DNA of 64,000 nucleotides from Escherichia coli (GTDB lineage Bacteria > Pseudomonadota > Gammaproteobacteria > Enterobacterales > Enterobacteriaceae): assembly GCF_022846255.1 (NCBI RefSeq), contig NZ_AP025682.1. One strand, 5' to 3'. Under the pieces are notes generated by a model. The model was not told the DNA's origin. It saw nothing but the letters and a program-made list of their open reading frames with translations, and searched no databases. This document shows positions 14,874 through 24,746 of the stretch, piece after piece. The number at the start of each line of letters is the position of its first letter. Positions within the stretch are counted from its first letter, which is position 1. The position numbers were made by a program, and so were the translations under genes.

Positions 14874-15932
14874 GTGGATAAGCCATTTCGAAGAATTTTG
14901 CTCATTAAGATGCGTTTTCATGGGGATATGTTATTAACTACTCCCGTCATTAGTTCGCTGAAAAAAAATTACCCTGACGCAAAAATCGATGTGCTGCTTT
15001 ATCAGGACACCATCCCGATCCTGTCTGAAAATCCAGAGATTAACGCGCTCTACGGCATAAAAAATAAAAAAGCAAAAGCTTCAGAAAAAATTGCCAACTT
15101 TTTTCATCTCATCAAGGTATTACGTGCCAATAAGTATGACCTTATCGTTAATCTTACCGATCAATGGATGGTTGCTATACTGGTTCGCTTATTAAATGCC
15201 CGTGTGAAAATTTCCCAGGATTATCATCATCGGCAGTCTGCTTTTTGGCGTAATAGTTTCACTCATTTGGTGCCGTTGCAGGGTGGAAATGTGGTGGAAA
15301 GTAACTTATCCGTGCTGACGCCATTGGGACTTGAATCGTTGGTGAAGCAGACAACCATGAGTTACCCGCCTGCAAGCTGGAAACGTATGCGTCGCGAACT
15401 TGATCACGCTGGTGTTGGACAAAATTATGTGGTTATCCAACCTACGGCGCGGCAAATCTTCAAATGCTGGGACAACGCCAAGTTTTCCGCTGTGATTGAT
15501 GCCTTACATGCTCGTGGTTATGAAGTCGTTCTGACGTCCGGCCCAGATAAAGACGATCTGGCCTGCGTCAATGAAATTGCGCAGGGATGCCAGACGCCAC
15601 CAGTAACGGCGCTGGCCGGAAAGGTGACCTTCCCGGAACTTGGTGCGTTAATCGATCATGCGCAGCTGTTTATTGGCGTTGATTCCGCACCGGCGCATAT
15701 TGCCGCTGCAGTTAATACGCCGCTGATATCGCTGTTTGGTGCGACAGACCATATTTTCTGGCGTCCCTGGTCAAATAACATGATTCAATTCTGGGCGGGA
15801 GATTACCGGGAAATGCCAACGCGCGATCAGCGTGACCGAAATGAGATGTATCTTTCGGTTATTCCGGCGGCAGATGTCATTGCTGCTGTCGATAAATTAC
15901 TGCCCTCCTTCACGACAGGTACGTCGTTATGA
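14874..15932 (+). CDS. waaQ: LPS heptosyltransferase III WaaQ
   Basis: ORF ...MRFHGDMLLTTPVISSLKKNYPDAKIDVLLYQD...; start ambiguous: GTG 14874, TTG 14898 or ATG 14910. Confidence 0.9.
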   Translation: MDKPFRRILLIKMRFHGDMLLTTPVISSLKKNYPDAKIDVLLYQDTIPILSENPEINALYGIKNKKAKASEKIANFFHLIKVLRANKYDLIVNLTDQWMVAILVRLLNARVKISQDYHHRQSAFWRNSFTHLVPLQGGNVVESNLSVLTPLGLESLVKQTTMSYPPASWKRMRRELDHAGVGQNYVVIQPTARQIFKCWDNAKFSAVIDALHARGYEVVLTSGPDKDDLACVNEIAQGCQTPPVTALAGKVTFPELGALIDHAQLFIGVDSAPAHIAAAVNTPLISLFGATDHIFWRPWSNNMIQFWAGDYREMPTRDQRDRNEMYLSVIPAADVIAAVDKLLPSFTTGTSL

Positions 15933-17053
15933 TCGTTGCTTTTTGTTTATATAAATATTTTCCCTTTGGCGGTTTGCAGCGCGATTTTATGCGCATTGCT
16001 CAGACAGTCGCCGCCCGAGGTCATCATGTTCGGGTTTATGCCCAGTCGTGGGAAGGCGAATGCCCTGATGTATTTGAACTGATCAAAGTGCCGGTTAAAT
16101 CGCATACCAATCACGGGCGCAATGCGGAGTATTTTGCCTGGGTGCAAAAACATTTACGTGAACATCCCGTCGATAGAGTCGTTGGATTCAACAAAATGCC
16201 GGGGCTGGACGTTTATTATGCCGCTGATGTTTGTTATGCCGAGAAAGTAGCGCAGGAGAAAGGCTTTTTCTATCGCCTGACGTCACGTTATCGCCATTAT
16301 GCCGCCTTTGAGCGGGCAACCTTCGAACAGGGCAAGCCGACACAGCTGCTGATGCTGACAGATAAGCAAATCGCCGATTTCCAGAAACATTATCAGACTG
16401 AAGCGGAGCGTTTTCATATTCTGCCACCGGGGATTTACCCTGATCGTAAATATAGCCAGCAGCCAGCCAATAGCCGTGAAATCTTCCGTAAGAAGAATGG
16501 AATAACCGAACAACAATATTTATTGTTGCAGGTCGGTTCAGACTTCACGCGTAAAGGTGTTGATCGTTCCATTGAAGCACTTGCTTCATTACCGGATTCG
16601 CTGCGCCACAACACATTGCTATATGTTGTTGGGCAGGATAAACCGCGAAAATTTGAGGCGCTGGCAGAAAAACGCGGCGTGCGCAGTAATGTTCACTTCT
16701 TCTCGGGGCGCAACGATGTCTCGGAATTAATGGCGGCGGCGGATTTATTACTGCATCCTGCCTACCAGGAAGCGGCGGGAATTGTGCTGCTGGAAGCGAT
16801 TACTGCAGGATTACCGGTACTAACAACAGCCGTTTGTGGCTATGCGCATTATATTGTTGACGCCAATTGCGGCGAGGCTATTGCTGAGCCATTCCGCCAG
16901 GAAACATTGAATGAGATTTTACGCAAAGCGTTAACGCAATCTTCATTGCGCCAGGCCTGGGCAGAAAATGCGCGACATTATGCTGATACACAAGATTTAT
17001 ACAGTCTGCCAGAGAAAGCAGCGGACATCATAACGGGTGGTCTGGATGGTTGA
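15929..17053 (+). CDS. waaG: LPS core glucosyltransferase I WaaG
   Basis: 374-aa [49 protein letters not shown]...; start overlaps the waaQ stop. Confidence 0.95.
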   Translation: MIVAFCLYKYFPFGGLQRDFMRIAQTVAARGHHVRVYAQSWEGECPDVFELIKVPVKSHTNHGRNAEYFAWVQKHLREHPVDRVVGFNKMPGLDVYYAADVCYAEKVAQEKGFFYRLTSRYRHYAAFERATFEQGKPTQLLMLTDKQIADFQKHYQTEAERFHILPPGIYPDRKYSQQPANSREIFRKKNGITEQQYLLLQVGSDFTRKGVDRSIEALASLPDSLRHNTLLYVVGQDKPRKFEALAEKRGVRSNVHFFSGRNDVSELMAAADLLLHPAYQEAAGIVLLEAITAGLPVLTTAVCGYAHYIVDANCGEAIAEPFRQETLNEILRKALTQSSLRQAWAENARHYADTQDLYSLPEKAADIITGGLDG

Positions 17054-17843
17054 ACTTAAAGAGCCGTTTGCCACGTTATGGCGCGGTAAAGATCCTTTTG
17101 AGGAAGTTAAAACCTTGCAGGGTGAGGTATTTCGTGAACTGGAAACTCGCCGCACTCTGCGCTTTGAAATGGCGGGCAAAAGCTATTTTCTCAAATGGCA
17201 TCGCGGCACGACCCTGAAAGAGATAATCAAAAATTTACTCTCATTGCGGATGCCAGTATTAGGCGCAGACCGCGAATGGAATGCGATTCATCGACTGCGG
17301 GATGTCGGCGTTGATACTATGTATGGGGTGGCATTCGGCGAAAAAGGCATTAATCCGCTGACCAGAACCTCGTTTATTATTACCGAAGATCTGACACCAA
17401 CCATCAGTCTGGAAGATTACTGTGCTGACTGGGTGACCAACCCACCAGATGTTTGCGTAAAGCGTATGCTTATTAAGCGTGTCGCGACGATGGTGCGCGA
17501 TATGCATGCTGCGGGCATTAACCACCGTGACTGTTATATCTGTCATTTCCTGCTGCACTTGCCTTTTTCCAGTAAGGAAGAGGAGTTAAAAATTTCAGTA
17601 ATTGACCTGCACCGGGCGCAGCTTCGCACGCGCGTTCCACGTCGTTGGCGCGATAAAGATCTTATTGGGCTTTATTTTTCTTCGATGAATATCGGCCTGA
17701 CTCAGCGGGATATCTGGCGGTTTATGAAAGTGTATTTTGTCGCCCCGCTTAAAGACATTCTCAAGCAGGAACAAGGGCTGCTGTCGCAAGCAGAAGCAAA
17801 AGCCACAAAAATCAGGGAAAGAACGATTCGAAAATCGTTGTAA
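17046..17843 (+). CDS. waaP: LPS core heptose(I) kinase WaaP
   Basis: [57 protein letters not shown]...; overlaps the waaG stop. Confidence 0.95.
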   Translation: MVELKEPFATLWRGKDPFEEVKTLQGEVFRELETRRTLRFEMAGKSYFLKWHRGTTLKEIIKNLLSLRMPVLGADREWNAIHRLRDVGVDTMYGVAFGEKGINPLTRTSFIITEDLTPTISLEDYCADWVTNPPDVCVKRMLIKRVATMVRDMHAAGINHRDCYICHFLLHLPFSSKEEELKISVIDLHRAQLRTRVPRRWRDKDLIGLYFSSMNIGLTQRDIWRFMKVYFVAPLKDILKQEQGLLSQAEAKATKIRERTIRKSL

Positions 17844-17858
17844 TTTCCGGAGAGAAAT

Positions 17859-18875
17859 ATGAGTGCCCACTATTTTAATCCACAAGAGATGATCAATAAG
17901 ACAATCATCTTCGATGAAAGGCCAGCGGCGTCAGTGGCATCATCATTCCATGTTGCTTATGGCATTGATAAAAACTTTCTTTTTGGTTGTGGTGTTTCAA
18001 TCACGTCAGTTTTGTTACATAACAACGACGTGAGTTTTGTTTTCCACGTTTTTATTGATGATATCCCTGAAGCTGATATCCAGCGTTTAGCCCAATTGGC
18101 GAAAAGCTATCGTACCTGTATCCAGATCCATCTGGTAAATTGTGAACGGCTTAAGGCATTACCGACGACCAAAAATTGGTCTATTGCCATGTATTTCCGT
18201 TTTGTAATTGCAGATTACTTTATTGATCAACAAGATAAGATCCTTTACCTGGATGCTGATATCGCCTGTCAGGGAAACTTAAAGCCGCTGATAACAATGG
18301 ATCTTGCCAATAACGTTGCTGCTGTTGTTACTGAACGCGATGCTAACTGGTGGTCGTTACGGGGTCAAAGTCTGCAGTGTAATGAACTTGAAAAGGGTTA
18401 CTTTAATTCAGGTGTCCTGTTAATTAATACACTAGCGTGGGCGCAGGAGTCCGTTTCTGCTAAAGCGATGTCGATGCTTGCTGATAAAGCCATCGTTTCC
18501 CGTTTAACCTATATGGATCAAGATATCCTTAATCTTATCCTGTTAGGGAAAGTTAAATTCATTGATGCTAAATACAATACGCAATTTAGTTTAAATTATG
18601 AATTAAAAAAATCATTTGTTTGTCCAATTAATGATGAAACCGTATTAATTCATTATGTCGGCCCGACAAAACCCTGGCATTACTGGGCCGGTTATCCAAG
18701 TGCGCAACCTTTTATCAAAGCCAAAGAAGCATCGCCCTGGAAAAATGAACCGTTAATGCGGCCAGTTAACTCAAACTATGCTCGTTATTGCGCCAAGCAT
18801 AATTTTAAACAAAATAAACCAATTAACGGGATAATGAATTATATTTATTATTTTTATTTAAAGATAATAAAATGA
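17859..18875 (+). CDS. waaO: Outer-core family-8 glycosyltransferase, by position WaaO (alpha-1,3-glucosyltransferase)
   Basis: 338-aa ORF with GT8 hallmarks (YGIDKNFLFG..., YLDADI..., NSGVLLIN); first gene after waaP as in R1/R4 core loci; assignment rests on family plus gene order. Confidence 0.7.
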   Translation: MSAHYFNPQEMINKTIIFDERPAASVASSFHVAYGIDKNFLFGCGVSITSVLLHNNDVSFVFHVFIDDIPEADIQRLAQLAKSYRTCIQIHLVNCERLKALPTTKNWSIAMYFRFVIADYFIDQQDKILYLDADIACQGNLKPLITMDLANNVAAVVTERDANWWSLRGQSLQCNELEKGYFNSGVLLINTLAWAQESVSAKAMSMLADKAIVSRLTYMDQDILNLILLGKVKFIDAKYNTQFSLNYELKKSFVCPINDETVLIHYVGPTKPWHYWAGYPSAQPFIKAKEASPWKNEPLMRPVNSNYARYCAKHNFKQNKPINGIMNYIYYFYLKIIK

Positions 18876-18891
18876 AATTGAGAAAAGTTAA

Positions 18892-19887
18892 ATGAATGAA
18901 TTTATAAAAGAACGGTTTTCGTATTTAGCAGATAATAAAAAAGAAAACGCCCCAGAGCTAAATGTTTCCTACGGTATCGATAAGAATTTTTTGTATGGTG
19001 CTGGCGTTTCAATTTCTTCCGTTTTGATTAATAATTCAGATATTAATTTTGTCTTTCATGTTTTCACTGATTATGTGGATGATGATTATTTAAAGTCATT
19101 TAATGAAACAGCAAAACAATTTAATACCTCAATTATTGTATATTTAATTGACCCCAAATACTTTGCTGATCTGCCGACGTCACAGTTTTGGTCGTACGCG
19201 ACATACTTCAGGGTATTGTCTTTTGAATATCTGAGTGAAAGTATTTCCACACTGCTGTATCTGGATGCCGATGTTGTTTGTAAAGGAAGCCTGAAACCTC
19301 TCACAGAAATTATATTTAAAGATGAGTTTGCTGCGGTCATTCCTGACAATGATAGTACTCAGGCGGCATGTGCAAAACGCCTCAACATTCCCGAAATGAA
19401 TGGACGTTATTTCAATGCAGGCGTTATCTATGTCAATCTTAAAAAATGGCATGAAGCAAATTTGACACCGTATTTACTCACGCTTTTACGAGGGGAAACT
19501 AAATATGGCTCTCTTAAATATTTAGATCAGGATGCGTTGAATATCGCATTTAATATGAATAATATCTACCTCGCGAAGGATTTTGATACTATTTATACCC
19601 TGAAAAACGAACTTCATGATCGTAGTCATCGAAAGTATCAGCAAACCATTACCGATAAAACAGTATTGATTCACTATACAGGGATAACTAAACCATGGCA
19701 TAGCTGGGCTGGATATCCGTCTGCATCATACTTTAATATCGCGCGTGAACAATCTCCCTGGAAGAAATATCCTCTTAAAGAGGCGCGGACTGTTGCAGAA
19801 ATGCAGAAACAATATAAGCATCTGTTTGCCCATGGTGAGTATATAAAAGGCATAACTTCATTAATTAAGTACAAGCTTAAGAAATAA
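18892..19887 (+). CDS. waaT: Outer-core family-8 glycosyltransferase, by position WaaT (alpha-1,2-galactosyltransferase)
   Basis: 331-aa GT8-like ORF (YGIDKNFLYGAGVSISS..., YLDADVVCKG, NAGVIYVN); second GT8 gene in the operon. Confidence 0.6.
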   Translation: MNEFIKERFSYLADNKKENAPELNVSYGIDKNFLYGAGVSISSVLINNSDINFVFHVFTDYVDDDYLKSFNETAKQFNTSIIVYLIDPKYFADLPTSQFWSYATYFRVLSFEYLSESISTLLYLDADVVCKGSLKPLTEIIFKDEFAAVIPDNDSTQAACAKRLNIPEMNGRYFNAGVIYVNLKKWHEANLTPYLLTLLRGETKYGSLKYLDQDALNIAFNMNNIYLAKDFDTIYTLKNELHDRSHRKYQQTITDKTVLIHYTGITKPWHSWAGYPSASYFNIAREQSPWKKYPLKEARTVAEMQKQYKHLFAHGEYIKGITSLIKYKLKK

Positions 19888-19896
19888 ATTACTCTT

Positions 19897-20589
19897 ATGA
19901 TTACAAGTATACGTTATCGCGGCTTCTCATTTTATTACAAAGATAATGATAATAAATATAAAAAAATCTTTGATGAAATACTGGCCTATAATTTTAAAAC
20001 AGTAAAAGTATTACGTAATATTGATGATACCAAAGTATCGTTGATTGATACGAAATATGGTCGCTATGTTTTTAAAGTCTTTGCTCCGAAAACGAAAAGG
20101 AATGAACGTTTTTTAAAATCTTTTGTAAAAGGTGACTACTATCAGAATTTGATCGTTGAAACCGATCGTGTCAGAAGTGCAGGTCTTACTTTTCCTAATG
20201 ATTTTTATTTTCTGGCTGAGCGTAAAATTTTCAACTATGCCAGTGTTTTTATCATGCTTATCGAGTATGTCGAGGGCGTAGAGCTCAATGATATGCCGAT
20301 TATTCCAGAAAATGTTAAAGCAGAAATTAAGGCTTCAATGGAAAAATTGCATGCCTTAAATATGCTATCGGGCGACCCACACCGGGGTAACTTTATCGTT
20401 AGTAAAGATGGTGTCAGGATAATTGACCTATCCGGTAAAAGCTGTACGGCAGAGCGTAAAGCTCGTGATCGTCTGGCCATGGAACGTCACCTGGGTATTG
20501 CCAACGAAATAAAAGATTATGGCTACTATTCAGTAATCTACAGAACCAAACTACGCAAATTTATTAAAAAATTAAAAGGCAAAGCGTAA
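19897..20589 (+). CDS. waaY: LPS core heptose(II) kinase WaaY
   Basis: 230-aa ORF MITSIRYRGFSFYYKDNDNKYKKIFDEILAY... with kinase-like motifs (HGDPHRGNF); right size and position for WaaY. Confidence 0.8.
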   Translation: MITSIRYRGFSFYYKDNDNKYKKIFDEILAYNFKTVKVLRNIDDTKVSLIDTKYGRYVFKVFAPKTKRNERFLKSFVKGDYYQNLIVETDRVRSAGLTFPNDFYFLAERKIFNYASVFIMLIEYVEGVELNDMPIIPENVKAEIKASMEKLHALNMLSGDPHRGNFIVSKDGVRIIDLSGKSCTAERKARDRLAMERHLGIANEIKDYGYYSVIYRTKLRKFIKKLKGKA

Positions 20590-20614
20590 ACCACACAGTC
20601 AAAACGGAACCAAC

Positions 20615-21643
20615 ATGGATTTATTAGCTGAGAGTATTACTGAAGTCGCTGTCTCTGGGGAAATTGCTAACACCGATCGTGTGTTAAATATCGCTTACGG
20701 TATTGACCGCAACTTTTTATTTGGTGCGGCAGTATCTATGCAATCAGTTGTTATGCATAACCCGGACCTTGCGGTTAAGTTTCATCTCTTTACTGACTAC
20801 ATTGATGAAGATTATCTACAACGTGTTAATGCTTTTACCAGCAAAAATGCTAACGTTGAAGTAAGAATTTATAAAGTATCCAGTGCCTTTATTGATATCT
20901 TCCCCAGCCTGAAACAGTGGTCTTATGCAACATTCTTCCGTTTAGTTGCGTTCCAGTATCTGAGTGAAACTATTGAAAATCTGTTATATATCGATGCTGA
21001 TGTCATCTGTAAAGGCTCATTAGCTGGATTGCTTGATATTAATTTTGATGGCGATAAGTTCGCAGCTGTTATTAAAGATGTGCCTTTTATGCAGGAAAAA
21101 CCAGCGAAGCGTCTGGCTATAGAGGGGCTTCCAGGGAATTATTTCAACGCCGGTGTAGTATATCTGCAGCTTGAAGCATGGGCGAAAAATGATTTTATGA
21201 ATAAAGCCATTGCTATGCTGGCAAGTGACCCGCAGCACACGAAATATAAATGCCTTGACCAGGATATTTTAAATATTCTGTTCTTTGGTCATTGTATTTT
21301 TATTAGCGGCGATTATGATTGCTTTTATGGCATTGACTATGAGTTAAAAAATAAAAGCGATGAAGATTATAAAAAGACCATTACCGATGATACTAAGCTG
21401 ATTCATTATGTTGGCGTAACGAAGCCCTGGAACGACTGGACGAATTATCCCTGCCAGAAGTATTTTAATGAGGCTTATCAGGCTTCTTGCTGGAATGATG
21501 TGGCGTTTATTCCAGCAACGAATGAAAAGCAGTATCAAGTGAAATCCAGACATTTGAAAAGAAATGGTAAAATTGCATCTTCATTTTACTATTTCATGCT
21601 CTATTATAGTAAGAAAATAGCGCGTAAGCATTTTTCCAAATAA
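20615..21643 (+). CDS. waaW: Outer-core family-8 glycosyltransferase, by position WaaW (alpha-1,2-galactosyltransferase)
   Basis: 342-aa GT8-like ORF (YGIDRNFLFGAAVSMQS..., YIDADVICKG, NAGVVYLQ); third GT8 gene, following waaY. Confidence 0.6.
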   Translation: MDLLAESITEVAVSGEIANTDRVLNIAYGIDRNFLFGAAVSMQSVVMHNPDLAVKFHLFTDYIDEDYLQRVNAFTSKNANVEVRIYKVSSAFIDIFPSLKQWSYATFFRLVAFQYLSETIENLLYIDADVICKGSLAGLLDINFDGDKFAAVIKDVPFMQEKPAKRLAIEGLPGNYFNAGVVYLQLEAWAKNDFMNKAIAMLASDPQHTKYKCLDQDILNILFFGHCIFISGDYDCFYGIDYELKNKSDEDYKKTITDDTKLIHYVGVTKPWNDWTNYPCQKYFNEAYQASCWNDVAFIPATNEKQYQVKSRHLKRNGKIASSFYYFMLYYSKKIARKHFSK

Positions 21644-21674
21644 TTATTAAGATTAATCATCCAGAGATTTTTTA

Positions 21675-22448
21675 ATGAACTTGCCCATTTATATTGTCTC
21701 ACTTAAAAGAGATATTGAGCGAAGAAATAAAATAAATGATGTTTTTCATCGATTAAATATTAATTTTGATTTTTTTGATGCCATAGATGCTAAAGACCCT
21801 CAAAATAAAGAAATTATTGATAAAATGAGATTAAGTGGTGTCGGCGCAGAAATGACTGATGGAGAAATTGCTTGTACATTAAGTCATCAGCTTATATATC
21901 AGGATATGATAGATAAAAATATAGAATGGGCAGTCATTCTCGAGGATGATGTTATCGTCAATGAGAGATTTAAAAAATTTCTGCAATATTTTAATCTTTC
22001 TGAAAAAGACAAGTTAAAACATAATAATTTGTATTTGCTTGGAGGACAGAAAGGATTACATGATTATCCGGTATTGGGGCAAAGCCTTTTTAGTAAAGTT
22101 AAGGTAAGTACTTGTACTTTTCGGCGTGTTAATTTCAATAAAAATAAAATTCGGCGTACATGTTCATATTTGATGAATAAAGATATGGCACAAAAGTTGC
22201 TCAAATTGACAATGGATTGTGGCACCTATCGAGCTGATAGCTGGAAGTTAATGCATCAACATAATATTATAAAAGATTTTTATTTAGACGAAATAATATT
22301 ACATCCTATTTTAAATGAGTTTAATAGTCACCTTGAAAGTGAAAGGCTTTTAATATCGGAAAAAAAACAACCCAGGACAAGGCTTCAGAAAAAAATGAAG
22401 TTTATACGTTCCTGGATAAAGGTGGCTTTTTTTTCTCTTTTGAAATGA
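21675..22448 (+). CDS. Family-25-like beta-glycosyltransferase (LgtB/Lic2A-like): WaaV (R1) or WaaX (R4)
   Basis: 257-aa ORF MNLPIYIVSLKRDIERRNKINDVF...FDFFDAIDAKD...ACTLSHQLIYQDMIDKN...AVILEDDVIV resembles LgtB-type transferases; I cannot tell WaaV from WaaX without a reference alignment. Confidence 0.7.
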   Translation: MNLPIYIVSLKRDIERRNKINDVFHRLNINFDFFDAIDAKDPQNKEIIDKMRLSGVGAEMTDGEIACTLSHQLIYQDMIDKNIEWAVILEDDVIVNERFKKFLQYFNLSEKDKLKHNNLYLLGGQKGLHDYPVLGQSLFSKVKVSTCTFRRVNFNKNKIRRTCSYLMNKDMAQKLLKLTMDCGTYRADSWKLMHQHNIIKDFYLDEIILHPILNEFNSHLESERLLISEKKQPRTRLQKKMKFIRSWIKVAFFSLLK

Positions 22449-22482
22449 GATTGTTAATTTAAATTTATTGTGAGATATTAAC

Positions 22483-23736
22483 GTGGAAGTAAAAATTGAG
22501 CAATTTCGAAATAACAGCTGTAATTTTATTTTTTTATTATATTTAATCGGTTTATTGTTTGTGCCAATTGATCTAAATATTACCACTAAAATAATTAATG
22601 CTACAGGTGCATTTTCTCTTTTTTTATTAATTGTAAATAACAAGCATAATTATAATAAAAATATCATTATATTAATTCTTGGCTTACTTCTTTTGGGTGC
22701 AATGAACCTGATATGGTATGAGTTTTATAAAACAGAAGATGTAGTATATAGAAATGCTTATCGAGGCTATCTTGAGTCTGGAAAACTATTAGTATTTAGC
22801 TCGTTGACATTTTTATTACTAAGTAAAAATAAATTCAGGCAAAATGAAAAGCTACATTTTATTTCAGCTATCTTAGTTCAAATAATCATGCTATGTAGAG
22901 CATATTATCAAGGGATATATTTGCATGCAGACCGCATTCCCCTCTCCGCCATGAATGGGAATATTGGTCAGATGGGGGCAGCGACTATTGCGGCTTATGT
23001 GATTACATTCACTACTTTATATTCTTCAATTGTATTCATCAAAATGCAATCGAAATATAAATGGTTTCTATTTTATGCTAACTTTGCTTTAAGCTTTGCA
23101 GCAGTAATGATGACAGGAACACGTGCGGCAATTTTCACATTCCCACTTATGATTATGGTCATATTATTTCTTCAGCATCGTGATCAAAAAGTGTTTTTAT
23201 TTAAAGGATTGAGTGGTGTTTTTATATTGCTACTTGCTTGTGGTTTGATATTTAATAAGGAAATTGAGAGGCGAATTAATTCATTAAAAGCTGATGTTAT
23301 TTCATATGCTACAAAAAATAACAGTCAATCCTCGGTCGGAGCACGTTTTGCAATGGTTAATGCAGGAATTAAAGGAAGTCCTGATGGTTTTAATTGGCAA
23401 TCTCTTGAGCAGCGTGCTGAAAAGATAAAAGCATTAAGTGCAGAAAATAATATTTATAGTGGAGCTTTATTATTCCTTGATGTACATATGCATAATGAAA
23501 TTGTTGAATCTCTTTCCACGAAAGGAAAAATTGGTCTTCTTGTTCTTATTATGTTCTATGTTGCAATGATCTATTACTGTATCCGGGAGAAAAAATATAT
23601 ACTCTTGGTTTTCCCTGCTTCTATTATGTTATTTGGCATTAGTGATGTCATTACACATGCTAAACCAATACCGGCATCGTGGATTGTGTGCCTCTTCCTG
23701 TCTATATCGTTTTTGAGTAAAAAAGAACCACAATAA
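22483..23736 (+). CDS. waaL: O-antigen ligase WaaL (polytopic membrane protein)
   Basis: 417-aa, highly hydrophobic, AT-rich ORF at the end of the central waa operon; the track start is a GTG at 22483 and the true start is uncertain; called from position and topology rather than sequence identity. Confidence 0.7.
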   Translation: MEVKIEQFRNNSCNFIFLLYLIGLLFVPIDLNITTKIINATGAFSLFLLIVNNKHNYNKNIIILILGLLLLGAMNLIWYEFYKTEDVVYRNAYRGYLESGKLLVFSSLTFLLLSKNKFRQNEKLHFISAILVQIIMLCRAYYQGIYLHADRIPLSAMNGNIGQMGAATIAAYVITFTTLYSSIVFIKMQSKYKWFLFYANFALSFAAVMMTGTRAAIFTFPLMIMVILFLQHRDQKVFLFKGLSGVFILLLACGLIFNKEIERRINSLKADVISYATKNNSQSSVGARFAMVNAGIKGSPDGFNWQSLEQRAEKIKALSAENNIYSGALLFLDVHMHNEIVESLSTKGKIGLLVLIMFYVAMIYYCIREKKYILLVFPASIMLFGISDVITHAKPIPASWIVCLFLSISFLSKKEPQ

Positions 23737-23751
23737 TAAAAGCGTTGACTA

Positions 23752-23778
23752 AGTAAGTGGGTATAATGCCCACTTACT
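23752..23778. terminator. Hairpin AGTAAGTGGG-N7-CCCACTTACT between convergent waaL and waaC
   Basis: Perfect 10-bp inverted repeat in the 47-bp gap between the two stops; possible bidirectional terminator, inferred. Confidence 0.4.
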
Positions 23779-23783
23779 ATTTA

Positions 23784-24743
23784 TTAAATCAATGTGATTT
23801 TTTTATAAACAGCCGCTGCTTCTAAATTATTTAAATTCATTAGCGGAGCCCTACAAACCATCTGATTCTTCCCATACCCACCAATTAATCCCGGATCGGT
23901 AGGTCCATAAACCGTGATATTGGGTCTATCCAGTGCCGCCGTTAAATGGCTTAACCCCGTATCCACCGACACTACAAATTTAGCCCCGGCCAGTACGCGG
24001 GCAACGCCTTCCAGACTCATCTTCGGCAATACTTCAACATAAGCAAATCCTTCCGCCAGTCGTTTCGCCCGTTCTTCCTCATGCGGCGCGCCCCACGGAA
24101 GTTTAATCCGTATTCCTGAATCAGCCAGTAAACCAATCAATTCTCGCCAGTGTTCTTCCGGCCAGTGTTTATCATCTCGGGTTGTTGCATGAAGAAATAC
24201 GGCATATTCGCCAGCATCTGTAGGCAGGTTCGTCAGGAAATGCTGTGCGATAGCATAATCGCCCTGGGTTTGTGGTTTGCTATAGCCCAGACTTTTGGCA
24301 AACAGTTCGCGGGTGCGTTCTACGGCGTGCTGCTGTTTTGCAATATGATGTTTACGATTGTAAAACAGGCTGGCTAACGGTTCGCGAGCGGTTTGCCAGT
24401 CCATTCCATGCTTTACGCCATGCGCCAGACGCGTCACCAGCGCCGCGCTTTTTACCAGCCCCTGGGCGTCGATAACTGCGTCATAGTTCTTTGCTTGTAG
24501 CGCTTCACGAAACGCTTTGCGTTCAGCTTTTATGGGAGCCGAGAACCAGGCTTTACGCCAGCGACGTATTGCCACAGGAATAACTCGCTCAACGGCAGCG
24601 TGCCAGGAAGGAATCTGTGCGAACCCTTCTTCCACCACCCAGTCAAACTTAATCCCTGGGATTGCCTGCTGGGCATCAGTGAGTGCGGGCAGCGTGTGGA
24701 GAACATCGCCCATCGACGATGTTTTAACGATCAGAACCCGCAT
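23784..24743 (-). CDS. waaC: LPS heptosyltransferase I WaaC
   Basis: 319-aa ORF MRVLIVKTSSMGDVLHTLPALTDAQQAIPGIKFDWVVEEGFAQIPSWH... Confidence 0.9.
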   Translation of the reverse strand: MRVLIVKTSSMGDVLHTLPALTDAQQAIPGIKFDWVVEEGFAQIPSWHAAVERVIPVAIRRWRKAWFSAPIKAERKAFREALQAKNYDAVIDAQGLVKSAALVTRLAHGVKHGMDWQTAREPLASLFYNRKHHIAKQQHAVERTRELFAKSLGYSKPQTQGDYAIAQHFLTNLPTDAGEYAVFLHATTRDDKHWPEEHWRELIGLLADSGIRIKLPWGAPHEEERAKRLAEGFAYVEVLPKMSLEGVARVLAGAKFVVSVDTGLSHLTAALDRPNITVYGPTDPGLIGGYGKNQMVCRAPLMNLNNLEAAAVYKKITLI

Positions 24744-24746
24744 CCG

